Positions 25,231 to 37,631 of a stretch of DNA of 64,000 nt are shown here, one piece after another. The translations under genes were made by a program, and so were the position numbers. The DNA is from Carpediemonas membranifera BICM. Its lineage: Eukaryota > Protista > Fornicata. Under the pieces are notes generated by a model. It was not told the DNA's origin. It saw only the letters and a program-made list of their open reading frames with translations, and searched no databases. The stretch spans positions 496,001 through 560,000 of the forward strand of contig JAHDYR010000012.1 in NCBI GenBank assembly GCA_019828565.1, written 5' to 3'. Every line of letters starts with the position of its first letter. The stretch's first letter is position 1.

Positions 25231-28200
25231 AACTTTTATGTAATCAACGACAAACTGTCTAGCGAGCGGCGAGGCGCAGCCGAGCTTCGCGAGCCTGAGC
25301 GCAGCGAAGCAGTTTGAGGCTATGGGGTGCGTCGGGGTCCTCCGTCGCTCCATCCAGTGAGTCGCTGGCGAGTCAACAAAACCAACAAGAACACTCTGAA
25401 GCGCTCTGCACGAGCCGATTGCTACACCAATATCAGAATTGAGTAACAATTAGTGGGAGAGGCCCAAATCCTCTGCTGCAGCATGTGCTGCGTCGCATTG
25501 CTTGATGAACGCTGCATATGTGTGCACTTGCCCTCTCATGCACGCCAAGAAAGCGTTATCAGCCATCTCGCGGACCTGCTCAGCCTTAAGACCAAGTTCA
25601 TCGCGCAAATCGTCCGTCCAGCCCCTTCCGTGCACTCTTCCAACGTCACCGTTGTGAAGCGTCACCGCGGGTATGAGCTTGACGTCCCAGTTGGAGTACT
25701 GGGCGCGCTTGCTCGTCATGGCCTGAGACACGTGGTTGCTGACGACGTTGTCAATGACGATTGCCTTCACGCCAGGTTTCGTGAGGAGGATGTCCGCCCG
25801 CGCCTTCATAGGCTTGGTCCGGTCAATGGTCCACTCACTGGCCTTGTTCAACCACACCTCGGACTGGACTCTCCAGCCATAACCCTTCAGGTCTCTCACC
25901 AGCCCGTCCTTGATAGCGTTGTGACGCTCGTCGTCCAGGCCTCCACGTAGGCATGGGCAGCACAGGGTGTGAGTAGCGTTGCACACAACGGACTGGTGGT
26001 TCACGGTGCGTGCCCTGTAGAGAGGGTAGACGTCAAATCCGGGCGTGAATGCGGGGAGGCCCAGGTGATTGCGGAAGATGGGGGCAACAGCGGCATCGGT
26101 TACCGAGCGCCCAAGAGAGGTCGGGTCGACCATCATGAACGACCGAACGACGTTGGGCGAGACGGCGGCACTCACAGAGAGCTTGGTGGCAATAGATTCC
26201 TCAACGAGGCGAACCAAGTTCTTCTGCGTGTGGTCGGCGTCAAGAGCCTTCACATCGTCCAAGCCACTAGGCCAGTTCGACGGCGTGTTGAGCTGGGGCG
26301 GGAGACACTTGATGGCACCCGTCACGCTGTCAGGTGAGCGTGTAACACCCAGCCCTGCCAGTTGTCTCGTGGCCGCGAGGAACGCGGGAGCCCACACGAC
26401 TGATGGCATTGCCAGCGCAAGCCCGCGTCTTTCTACCGGCATACTCAGGCGGAGAGCAAAGTCGTCATCGACCTCAGCCTCGCTCGACAGGATTCGGAGG
26501 ATGGCCGGGACCGCCTCTTTCTTCTCAAATCCGAGCTCAGCCTCGTAGAGACCGTTGCCGACTCCACCCGTTGCGGGGGGAACGTTACGGAAGAAGTGCT
26601 CCCACTTTGTGAGCGCACAATACTTCGCAATGATCAACGCAGGGGCAGTTGCCTCCGGCCCCTCCTTGGCCACCATCTCTCCGGCAGCGTTAAGGAGTTG
26701 CATCACGCGACAATTGACCTTGGCCAACTCACCCATCGCATGAGCAGCGGACCCAACCGGAACGCCCACGAGGTTTAGGCTGCGTCTTCTTGGGACGCCT
26801 CCCGAGGTGTTGCCGTCGGTAACGTCTCTGTGTGCCACAACGCACTTCGACTTGTTGAGCCGCAGGCCGACTTCGAGGAACTTCTCCCTCGCGATCTCGA
26901 CAAGGTTGTTAGCCTCTCGGCCGACACCGGGCGTCTGCAAAGGCCGATCAGTCGTGGCGACAAGATCGTCTTGGTACGCTTGGAGGTGCCAACCCGGGAA
27001 CGCCTCGCGCAGAACGTCCAGAATGGGCTTGATGCCCAGGCTGAACAGAATAGGGGACAGGGGATCTCCTTGATGTATGCCCTCAGCTGCCTTATCACTC
27101 CTCCTGACGTGGAGAATAGGAGCCCTTGGCGATACATCGTAGACAGGTAGGGCATGAGAGCAGGCATGTAAGCGCGTACCACGTCGAACATGAACGCCCT
27201 AGATAGGCATCCATAAGCGTTCGATAAGTCGAGGGAGACAACAGTCCCTCCCTCCTCGTAGACCCTGGTCACGCTGTCACTCAGCCTCTCCAGGCCGCAC
27301 TTCTCCCCCACCCCATACTGATCCTTGAGGGTCCGGTCGACGTCGACCAGGCGGGCCCTCACAGCCCAGGCGAGAGCCTTCGCCGCAACCCGCCGAAGCG
27401 AGTCCCCGATGGCCACTCCTCGGATCTTCCCGCCCCCTTGGGGACCGGGACAATGATGCAGTGGCTCAATGCCGCGGTGTAGGTCTCGCCGTTCAGGATG
27501 TCCTGTACGATCGGCATCAATGCGGCGATGAGGTCATGTCTGGCCACCTTCGCTGCTATTCTGATATGGAGGAAGGACAAGCCCGACGGCCCTGGGGCCG
27601 CCTCGGCCTTTAGAGCGTGTAGTACAGTCTTGAGGGTCCTAGCGGACACCTCAACTGACTGCAGTGGCTCTGCGGGGACGTCCTTAAACGGAACATCTGG
27701 GCGCAGGCCACTGTAATCCTCCTGCAGTCTCTTCAGCTCTACATCCACCTCCTGTGGTGACAGGCCCGCATCCTCAGCTACCAGCGCAGTGGCTGCCTTG
27801 GACACGAACCCGTGGCGAACCAGTCGCATCACCTTACGCCACTTGGACGGGCGGCGCTTGGGGCCTTTCGATGCAACCGGCGGTGCGTACAGCGCCTTCG
27901 GGTACTCGAGTACCGTCCTCAGGGCCGCGCGCTTCTCGTCCTCGCTCTCCACGAGGGCCACCCGCTTGAGCTTCTCGATCAGGCCTCTGGCGAATTTCTC
28001 GCGTCCCCTCTTGGGGGGAGCGATCTTGCCAAGGAAGAGAGCCTGTCCCGGTGGTAGGAACACGTCGGGTCGATGGGCTGGGTGAGCGGGAGGGGCAGTC
28101 GGGGGGCTTGCGGTGAAGCCCACCGCGGTGACGTGCGCTGCTGCGCTCGGCTGCGATGACAGCTGGCTACCAGGGGCGTGGACCTCTTCGACAGATGGAA

Positions 28201-28674
28201 GGAGACTGGCAGGGTCGTTGTTGCCCATCACGTTTCTCCTGATCTCTCGGAAGAATTCGGCCGCCACCGACGGAGCTGTTTTGGCAGAACGCAGCGGTGT
28301 TGCTTTGGGAGTACTGCTAAGAGTAACACCCGCCGCGTCTAAGAGCCGCTTGAAGGAATCTACGATGTCCTTCAGTGCTCTCACCGTCAAACGCACAATC
28401 TTCTTGTTGTTCACGTCCTTCATCAGCTCGACGATGGCCGCCTCGGAGCACAGCGTATCAAACACTGTCTCTACATTGCACCAACGTGCGTCAATGAACT
28501 CAGCATTGACGAATTTCGCGTAGTCGGTACGAACAGTCTGCAGCAGAAGCTGTACGTCCCGAGCAAGCGCGTTTTCGCGCCAATCGGACGTTATGGAAAC
28601 TCTCATCGCCATCTGGCCTCCAGGATCAGCCTGGGGCACAGAAAATGACGACATTTCCATTTCGGGAGGGAGCA
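25231..28674 (-). mobile_element. Unit 6, family B, full length
   Basis: ORF 28612->25450 with two frameshifts; CPLC mutated to YPLY. Confidence 0.92.
25450..28612 (-). pseudogene. Family B RT-RLE ORF, probably inactive
   Basis: Fragments 27359-28675, 26775-27416, 25450-26940. Confidence 0.75.
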
Positions 28675-30740
28675 AACTTTTATGTAATCAACGACAAACT
28701 GTCTAGCGAGCGGCGAGGCGCAGCCGAGCTTCGCGAGCCTGAGCGCAGCGAAGACGTCACTCTAGTGGTCAGTATGTCGGGTTTGAGGCACTGCTCGCTC
28801 CGAAATCTCCCTTTCGACTCTCCACTCAGTCACAACGAACGCGAACGCGAATAACGCGCAGATCACGCTCAAAGTACAGAAACAACATCAGTATTAGTGG
28901 TTGAGGCCATTAGCCTCAGCTTGACGGTGCGCAGCATCCGCCTGGCGCATGAACGCATGGAACACATGAACTTGCTGCCGCATACAGGCCATCATGACCG
29001 CGTCGGCAATCTGCCCAACAGTTTCGGCATCAAGGCCCAAAACGTCGCGCATCTCATCGGTCCATCCTCTCCCATGCACAGCACCAACACCACCACTCTG
29101 GCGAACGACCACGGGAATAACCCGGACGTTCCAGTTGGCGTACTGCTCCTTCTTGCTCCGCATAGATGCAGACGCGTGATTGCTCACCACTACGTCAAGC
29201 ACAACGGGTTCGGTATGGCCCGGTCTGGTCAAGAGGAGGTCCGCCCGCGCCTTGACCCGTTTGGTCCGGTCCACAGTCCACTCGCTGCCCCGTCCGAGCC
29301 AATGCTCAACTCTTACGCGCCAGGGGTGCCCGCGCAGCAGTTTGGCGAGCGTGTCGCGAATTTGGTCGTGCCGCTCCGATCCCAGCCCCTCCCTCAGGAA
29401 GGGACAGGTAAGAGAATGCTCGGCTGAGCAGGGGACAGACCGGTGGTTAACACTACGGGCCAGGCATAGCGGACAGACGTCGTGGCCTGTCTCAAAGGCA
29501 GGAAGGCCGACATGGTTGCGAAGCATCGGTGCAGCACCCTCGTCACAGGGGTTACGACCCATAGCGGCTGGATCAGGTGTTCGCGCCTTGATGTCTTGTA
29601 GGCGATCTTCAGGTGAAGGAACGATAGCCCGGAGGGCCCCGGGGCCGCCTCAGACTTGAGTGTGTTGAGGATGGTCTTCAGAGTCTTAGAGGAAACTTCG
29701 ACACACTGCAGGGGGTTCTCGGGGACGTCTCGCATGGGGACGTCGGGACAAAGCCCGTTGAACCCAACCTGGAGGTCCCGCAGTTGAGCGTCGATTTCAG
29801 TCGGTGTCAGGTCAGTCTCATTGGCTACCATGGACGTGGCGGCCTTCGAGACAAACCCGTGGCGAATCAGGTTCAGCGTCCGACGCCACTTGCTCGCGCT
29901 AGCGCGTCGTCCGCCTCGGTCCGACGGCGGTGCGTACAGCGTCTTGGGGTAGTCTACAACCTTAAGAGCCTCAGCCCGCTTGGCGTCGTCACCTGTCGCG
30001 TTGTTCACCTCCCTCAATCGTTCAATAAGGCCTCGTGTGAACTTCTCGCGCCCGCGCTTGGGCGGAGCGATCTTTCCGAGAAACAAGGCCTGACCCGGGG
30101 AAGGAAGACATCGGGTCGATGAGCAGGGGTAGTGGGAGGTGCTGATGGCGGGGTTAGGGGAAACCAACCGCCGAAACGTGAGCTGCCGTGTCTGCCTGGA
30201 CCTCTTCGTCAACAGGCTGCGATGACAGACCCTCGTCGTCCGTCGCGATCTCTACTGCAGAGGGAGGGACATTTGCAGCGGTCTCTGGACGCATAGCGTT
30301 GTCTCGTATCGTGCAGGCGATAATCGCAATGGACTTGGGGGCTGTGTTTGCAGAACGCAACGAAGTTGCCGTTGGCAGCGCCTGTGTGGTGATGCTGTGG
30401 GCCTTAAGGAGGTCCTTGAAGCTGTCAGCAATCGCCTTCAGGGCTTTCACGGTAAAGCGTACGATGTGTTTGTTCTGGACGTCGCGCATGAGCTCGACAA
30501 CCGCAGTTTCAGAGCACAATGTGTTGAACACCGTGTCCGTATCACACCACAGTCTGTCAATTAGGCTTATGTCGACGAACTTCGCGTAGGTGCTATGAAC
30601 TTCGGTAAGAAGAGCACGAACATCCTCGGCGAAGACGCTTTCGCGCCATACGAGTCTCGTACGTCGTCGAGTCACCATCTGGCCTCCAGGATCAGCCTGG
30701 GGCACAGAAAATGACGACATTTCCATTTCGGGAGGGAGCA
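28675..30740 (-). mobile_element. Unit 7, family A with a ~1.39 kb internal deletion (RT lost) and a family B tail
   Basis: Junction GGATCAG-GT-GTTCGCG at 29576-29579. Confidence 0.9.
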
Positions 30741-33700
30741 AACTTTTATGTAATCAACGACAAACTGTCTAGCGAGCGGCGAGGCGCAGCCGAGCTTCGC
30801 GAGCCTGAGCGCAGCGAAGCAGTTTGAGGCTATGGGGTGCGTCGGGGTCCTCCGTCGCTCCATCCAGTGAGTCGCTGGCGAGTCAACAAAACCAACAAGA
30901 ACACTCTGAAGCGCTCTGCACGAGCCGATTGCTACACCAATATCAGAATTGAGTAACAATTAGTGGGAGAGGCCCAAATCCTCTGCTGCAGCATGTGCTG
31001 CGTCGCATTGCTTGATGAACGCTGCATATGTGTGCACTTGCCCTCTCATGCACGCCAAGAAAGCGTTATCAGCCATCTCGCGGACCTGCTCAGCCTTAAG
31101 ACCAAGTTCATCGCGCAAATCGTCCGTCCAGCCCCTTCCGTGCACTCTTCCAACGTCACCGTTGTGAAGCGTCACCGCGGGTATGAGCTTGACGTCCCAG
31201 TTGGAGTACTGGGCGCGCTTGCTCGTCATGGCCTGAGACACGTGGTTGCTGACGACGTTGTCAATGACGATTGCCTTCACGCCAGGTTTCGTGAGGAGGA
31301 TGTCCGCCCGCGCCTTCATAGGCTTGGTCCGGTCAATGGTCCACTCACTGGCCTTGTTCAACCACACCTCGGACTGGACTCTCCAGCCATAACCCTTCAG
31401 GTCTCTCACCAGCCCGTCCTTGATAGCGTTGTGACGCTCGTCGTCCAGGCCTCCACGTAGGCATGGGCAGCACAGGGTGTGAGTAGCGTTGCACACAACG
31501 GACTGGTGGTTCACGGTGCGTGCCCTGCAGAGAGGGCAGACGTCAAATCCGGGCGTGAATGCGGGGAGGCCCAGGTGATTGCGGAAGATGGGGGCAACAG
31601 CGGCATCGGTTACCGAGCGCCCAAGAGAGGTCGGGTCGACCATCATGAACGACCGAACGACGTTGGGCGAGACGGCGGCACTCACAGAGAGCTTGGTGGC
31701 AATAGATTCCTCAACGAGGCGAACCAAGTTCTTCTGCGTGTGGTCGGCGTCAAGAGCCTTCACATCGTCCAAGCCACTAGGCCAGTTCGACGGCGTGTTG
31801 AGCTGGGGCGGGAGACACTTGATGGCACCCGTCACGCTGTCAGGTGAGCGTGTAACACCCAGCCCTGCCAGTTGTCTCGTGGCCGCGAGGAACGCGGGAG
31901 CCCACACGACTGATGGCATTGCCAGCGCAAGCCCGCGTCTTTCGACCGGCATACTCAGGCGGAGAGCAAAGTCGTCATCGACCTCAGCCTCGCTCGACAG
32001 GATTCGGAGGATGGCCGGGACCGCCTCTTTCTTCTCAAATCCGAGCTCAGCCTCGTAGAGACCGTTGCCGACTCCACCCGTTGCGGGGGGAACGTTACGG
32101 AAGAAGTGCTCCCCACTTTGTGAGCGCACAATACTTCGCAATGATCAACGCAGGGGCAGTTGCCTCCGGCCCCTCCTTGGCCACCATCTCTCCGGCAGCG
32201 TTAAGGAGTTGCATCACGCGACAATTGACCTTGGCCAACTCACCCATCGCATGAGCAGCGGACCCAACCGGAACGCCCACGAGGTTTAGGCTGCGTCTTC
32301 TTGGGACGCCTCCCGAGGTGTTGCCGTCGGTAACGTCTCTGTGTGCCACAACGCACTTCGACTTGTTGAGCCGCAGGCCGACTTCGAGGAACTTCTCCCT
32401 CGCGATCTCGACAAGGTTGTTAGCCTCTCGGCCGACACCGGGCGTCTGCAAAGGCCGATCAGTCGTGGCGACTAGATCGTCTTGGTACGCTTGGAGGTGC
32501 CAACCCGGGAACGCCTCGCGCAGAACGTCCAGAATGGGCTTGATGCCCAGGCTGAACAGAATAGGGGACAGGGGATCTCCTTGATGTTTGCCCTCAGCTG
32601 CCTTATCACTCCTCCTGACGTGGAGAATAGGAGCCCTTGGCGATACATCGTAGACAGGTAGGGCATGAGAGCAGGCATGTAAGCGCGTACCACGTCGAAC
32701 ATGAACGCCCTAGATAGGCATCCATAAGCGTTCGATAAGTCGAGGGAGACAACAGTCCCTCCCTCCTCGTAGACCCTGGTCACGCTGTCACTCAGCCTCT
32801 CCAGGCCGCACTTCTCCCCCACCCCATACTGATCCTTGAGGGTCCGGTCGACGTCGACCAGGCGGGCCCTCACAGCCCAGGCGAGAGCCTTCGCCGCAAC
32901 CCGCCGAAGCGAGTCCCCGATGGCCACTCCTCGGATCTTCCCGGCCCCCTTGGGGACCGGGACAATGATGCAGTGGCTCAATGCCGCGGTGTAGGTCTCG
33001 CCGTTCAGGATGTCCTGTACGATCGGCATCAATGCGGCGATGAGGTCATGTCTGGCCACCTTCGCTGCTATTCTGATATGGAGGAAGGACAAGCCCGACG
33101 GCCCTGGGGCCGCCTCGGCCTTTAGAGCGTGTAGTACAGTCTTGAGGGTCCTAGCGGACACCTCAACTGACTGCAGTGGCTCTGCGGGGACGTCCTTAAA
33201 CGGAACATCTGGGCGCAGGCCACTGTAATCCTCCTGCAGTCTCTTCAGCTCTACATCCACCTCCTGTGGTGACAGGCCCGCATCCTCAGCTACCAGCGCA
33301 GTGGCTGCCTTGGACACGAACCCGTGGCGAACCAGTCGCATCACCTTACGCCACTTGGACGGGCGGCGCTTGGGGCCTTTCGATGCAACCGGCGGTGCGT
33401 ACAGCGCCTTCGGGTACTCGAGTACCGTCCTCAGGGCCGCGCGCTTCTCGTCCTCGCTCTCCACGAGGGCCACCCGCTTGAGCTTCTCGATCAGGCCTCT
33501 GGCGAATTTCTCGCGTCCCCTCTTGGGGGGAGCGATCTTGCCAAGGAAGAGAGCCTGTCCCGGTGGTAGGAACACGTCGGGTCGATGGGCTGGGTGAGCG
33601 GGAGGGGCAGTCGGGGGGCTTGCGGTGAAGCCCACCGCGGTGACGTGCGCTGCTGCGCTCGGCTGCGATGACAGCTGGCTACCAGGGGCGTGGACCTCTT

Positions 33701-34186
33701 CGACAGATGGAAGGAGACTGGCAGGGTCGTTGTTGCCCATCACGTTTCTCCTGATCTCTCGGAAGAATTCGGCCGCCACCGACGGAGCTGTTTTGGCAGA
33801 ACGCAGCGGTGTTGCTTTGGGAGTACTGCTAAGAGTAACACCCGCCGCGTCTAAGAGCCGCTTGAAGGAATCTACGATGTCCTTCAGTGCTCTCACCGTC
33901 AAACGCACAATCTTCTTGTTGTTCACGTCCTTCATCAGCTCGACGATGGCCGCTTCGGAGCACAGCGTATCAAACACTGTCTCTACATTGCACCAACGTG
34001 CGTCAATGAACTCAGCATTGACGAATTTCGCGTAGTCGGTACGAACAGTCTGCAGCAGAAGCTGTACGTCCCGAGCAAGCGCGTTTTCGCGCCAATCGGA
34101 CGTTATGGAAACTCTCATCGCCATCTGGCCTCCAGGATCAGCCTGGGGCACAGAAAATGACGACATTTCCATTTCGGGAGGGAGCA
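30741..34186 (-). mobile_element. Unit 8, family B, full length
   Basis: ORF 34124->30960 with two frameshifts. Confidence 0.92.
30960..34124 (-). CDS. Family B RT-RLE polyprotein (frameshifted copy)
   Basis: Fragments 32472-34187, 32095-32451, 30960-32141. Confidence 0.78.
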
Positions 34187-35765
34187 TCGTTTATTGCCTT
34201 TTGGACGAACTGTATTGCGAGCGGCGAGGCGCAGCCGAGCTTCGCGAGCCTGAGCGCAGCGAAGACGTCACTCTAGTGGTCAGTATGTCGGGTTTGAGGC
34301 ACTGCTCGCTCCGAAATCTCCCTTTCGACTCTCCACTCAGTCACAACGAACGCGAACGCGAATAACGCGCAGATCACGCTCAAAGTACAGAAACAACATC
34401 AGTATTAGTGGTTGAGGCCATTAGCCTCAGCTTGACGGTGCGCAGCATCCGCCTGGCGCATGAACGCATGGAACACATGAACTTGCTGCCGCATACGCAG
34501 GCCATCATGACCGCGTCGGCAATCTGCCCAACAGTTTCGGCATCAAGGCCCAAAACGTCGCGCATCTCATCGGTCCATCCTCTCCCATGCACAGCACCAA
34601 CACCACCACTCTGGCGAACGACCACGGGAATAACCCGGACGTTCCAGTTGGCGTACTGCTCCTTCTTGCTCCGCATAGATGCAGACGCGTGATTGCTCAC
34701 CACTACGTCAAGCACAACGGGTTCGGTATGGCCCGGTCTGGTCAAGAGGAGGTCCGCCCGCGCCTTGACCCGTTTGGTCCGGTCCACAGTCCACTCGCTG
34801 CCCCGTCCGAGCCAATGCTCAACTCTTACGCGCCAGGGGTGCCCGCGCAGCAGTTTGGCGAGCGTGTCGCGAATTTGGTCGTGCCGCTCCGATCCCAGCC
34901 CCTCCCTCAGGAAGGGACAGGTAAGAGAATGCTCGGCTGAGCAGGGGACAGACCGGTGGTTAACACTACGGGCCAGGCATAGCGGACAGACGTCGTGGCC
35001 TGTCTCAAAGGCAGGAAGGCCGACATGGTTGCGAAGCATCGGTGCAGCACCCTCGTCACAGGGGTTACGACCCATAGCGGCTGGATCAGCCGCGAGTAGA
35101 GACCTGATCACGTTTGGCGAGTCGACTGAAACAGTCAGTTGGCTGGAAATGTTATCCTGCAGGAGGCGTACCAACTTCTTCTGCGTGCTCTCGAGTGAGA
35201 GCTTTCTGACATCGCCATATGATGTCGGCCAATCCTTGGGCGTCGCGGCGAGAGCCGGGATGCATGGCAGTGCGTCTTGGATGAGAGCCTCGGGCCTTTC
35301 GACCTTCAGCTCTATGAGTTGTCGTGCGGCACCCAGATAGGCTGGGGCCCACACAACAGAGGGCATGGCCAATCCGAGCCCGCCTTGACTGACCGGCAGA
35401 CAGAGCCTTGCGGCGAAGTCCTTGTCAGTCTCTGCGCTGGACTGGAGCAGCTTCAGGATGGCGGGGACCACCTTCTGCTGTTCGAAGTCCAGTTGCGACT
35501 CGAACATGTCACCCCCGCCCGGCGAAACATTGCGGAAGAAGTGCTCCCACTTGGTGAGGGCACACAGTTTCGTCACTAGGAGGGCAGGGGCGACGGCTTC
35601 CGCGCCAATGTCAGAGACCATCGATGCAGCAGCGTCAAGCAGCTCCATAACCTTGCGGTTAGCAGAGCCTAGCTCCCGCATGATGTGCGTGGCGGAGCCG
35701 ATTGGAACACCAACCAGCTTGGTATCGCGTCTCCGTGGGACGCCACCAGTTGTGTTGCCGTCAAC

Positions 35766-35887
35766 TGTGGTTCAATGGGTGTTGAACTTTTACTGAGGAG
35801 AAGACTCGACACAAGGGTGTCGAGGAGAAACTCCTTGACTATTAAATATAACGTAAATCTGTGTAACTTTGGGTAGTACCCACAACA
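35766..35887 (-). repeat. 3' LTR of element 2
   Basis: Matches 41590-41711. Confidence 0.95.
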
Positions 35888-36482
35888 CTGCCCCTCCATG
35901 CCTGGTATAGGCATGACAGAGAGACTTGACGTCAGCATTTCACCAAAGGCCTGGACGGTGCCACCCGACCGCCAACGGTGACTCATAGGGCTGGCAACCC
36001 CATGGCCTGAGTGCTTTCGCATCTAGCTGAACGAAATCAAAATGATGGTATCATGATCTAACTGCGGTACCGCTATGTGAGCTCTGTTTCAAAAATGGTG
36101 AAACGTGACGGAAAGGCTTACCACTGCCCCTCCACGGCCTTCCTAGGCCGTCTTCACAAACCTTATACGTGTTATATGCCATTCCATGTAATTCGAAGGC
36201 CAAGAACGATTGCTCTAGCAAACACTGCCAATGCTGAGCCCTTATCGCTCATAATCACACAGACGCCGAAAAACGTACTTAGAAGCTCCAATTCGGCTCC
36301 GTTGAGGAGTTCTGAGGCTTCTAATTTTCTGCGTCCAACTGTACTTGAATAACAACATCAAACTGACCGGAAGGAGCACTAGGAAGCTCCTAATGCCTTA
36401 TTACCGACAATAAATGCATGCTTGAAGACTAAGATGACCTTGTTAGTTGTTCCTTCGACCGTTTCCGAGAAATGTGCAGGAT

Positions 36483-37589
36483 ATGTCGCCGTCAACTCAT
36501 TTGATGTCGGACAACACAGCCGTAGAGGCCGTTCTGAAGGAAATTCGTGCCAAAAATCACCGAACTTGGTGATGACGATCTGGCTAGGCCACTTATTGTT
36601 GCCCATACGTCCGTTTGTCGTTCCCTTCGCGCTCAGAAGTATCGTGGACGCAAGCGCATGGTCACCGACAATCTGTAAGTAACAAACATCAACCGTGAGG
36701 TTATATAGTCACCGCGTGCAAGCCTCAGAACGCATCACTCGCACCCTGACGATGACGACTCTGATGCCCCACGACATCAAGGCCGAGGTTGCCCGACGCC
36801 TGGAAGGTTACACCAACTCCATCGAGCTGCCGCTCCAGCGAATCTTTGACGCTATTGAGCAAGGTCGTCTGAACGACGCAGCCGTAGTGCAGGACGTGAA
36901 GCTGACCCAGCAGGTCTTGGCTCTCGTGGCTCACTGCCAGGTCGCGCTTGCCGGTGTGAGGGCCCACCTCAAGCTCGGCAGGAAGCGCTTGACCGATGGC
37001 GACATCGTGTCGGCCGCGATCCGGGGCCGCGACATCACGCTGGGTGGGTCTTCACCCGGTAATGGTCACTACTCTGCAGCTCTCGTGGCGGCTGTGCGGA
37101 CTGCCGGCGGGGTCAAGTCGGACACTACAGCGCGCGGATATCTTAACCGCCTGTTGGTCCTCGTCCTCGCACCGGACTACTTCCGTGTCGCTGTCTACGG
37201 CATCAGCCGGCGCATCCCGGCTCCCAACGACTTCTGGGCAACCCTGGTCAGCCGCTTGTGCCACGACGGCTACCTGCCCGCCATTGGCGATGAGGCTCAC
37301 TGGGGAGCCGCTTCAGGTCTCTGATCCGGACCGCTACTACACTGTCACGTGCGTAGTCCGTCACGAGTATCTGAAGACGACTTGTGGTCCCGGGTCTTTT
37401 GTGTTGATCCTGCAGTATGACGGATACTCGGGACTCAGCATCGTGTCCCTCAACGCTGATCTCTGCCTTGTCCGGTGTGTGCGAGAGTACTTGGCTGAGA
37501 ACGCCCTTGAGCGCCACGCTGACCCGACTTGGTTGGTCGAGCTGACGGACACGGAGGAGACGGAAGACGAGGAATCTAGCTCTGAATAA
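36483..37589 (+). CDS. Antisense accessory gene inside LTR element 2, with an intron and a C-terminal chromodomain-like region
   Basis: Intron GTAAGT..TATATAG (36675-36708, 34 nt) joins ...RKRMVTDNL in frame to ORF 36695-37324. The model needs two homopolymer corrections (A5 near 36552, G4 near 37302). C-terminus YYTVTCVVRH..LILQYDGYS..VREYL. Confidence 0.6.
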
Positions 37590-37631
37590 ATCGTTTGTTC
37601 CTCGAGGATACAGCTTCGATGTTGAGAAGTT

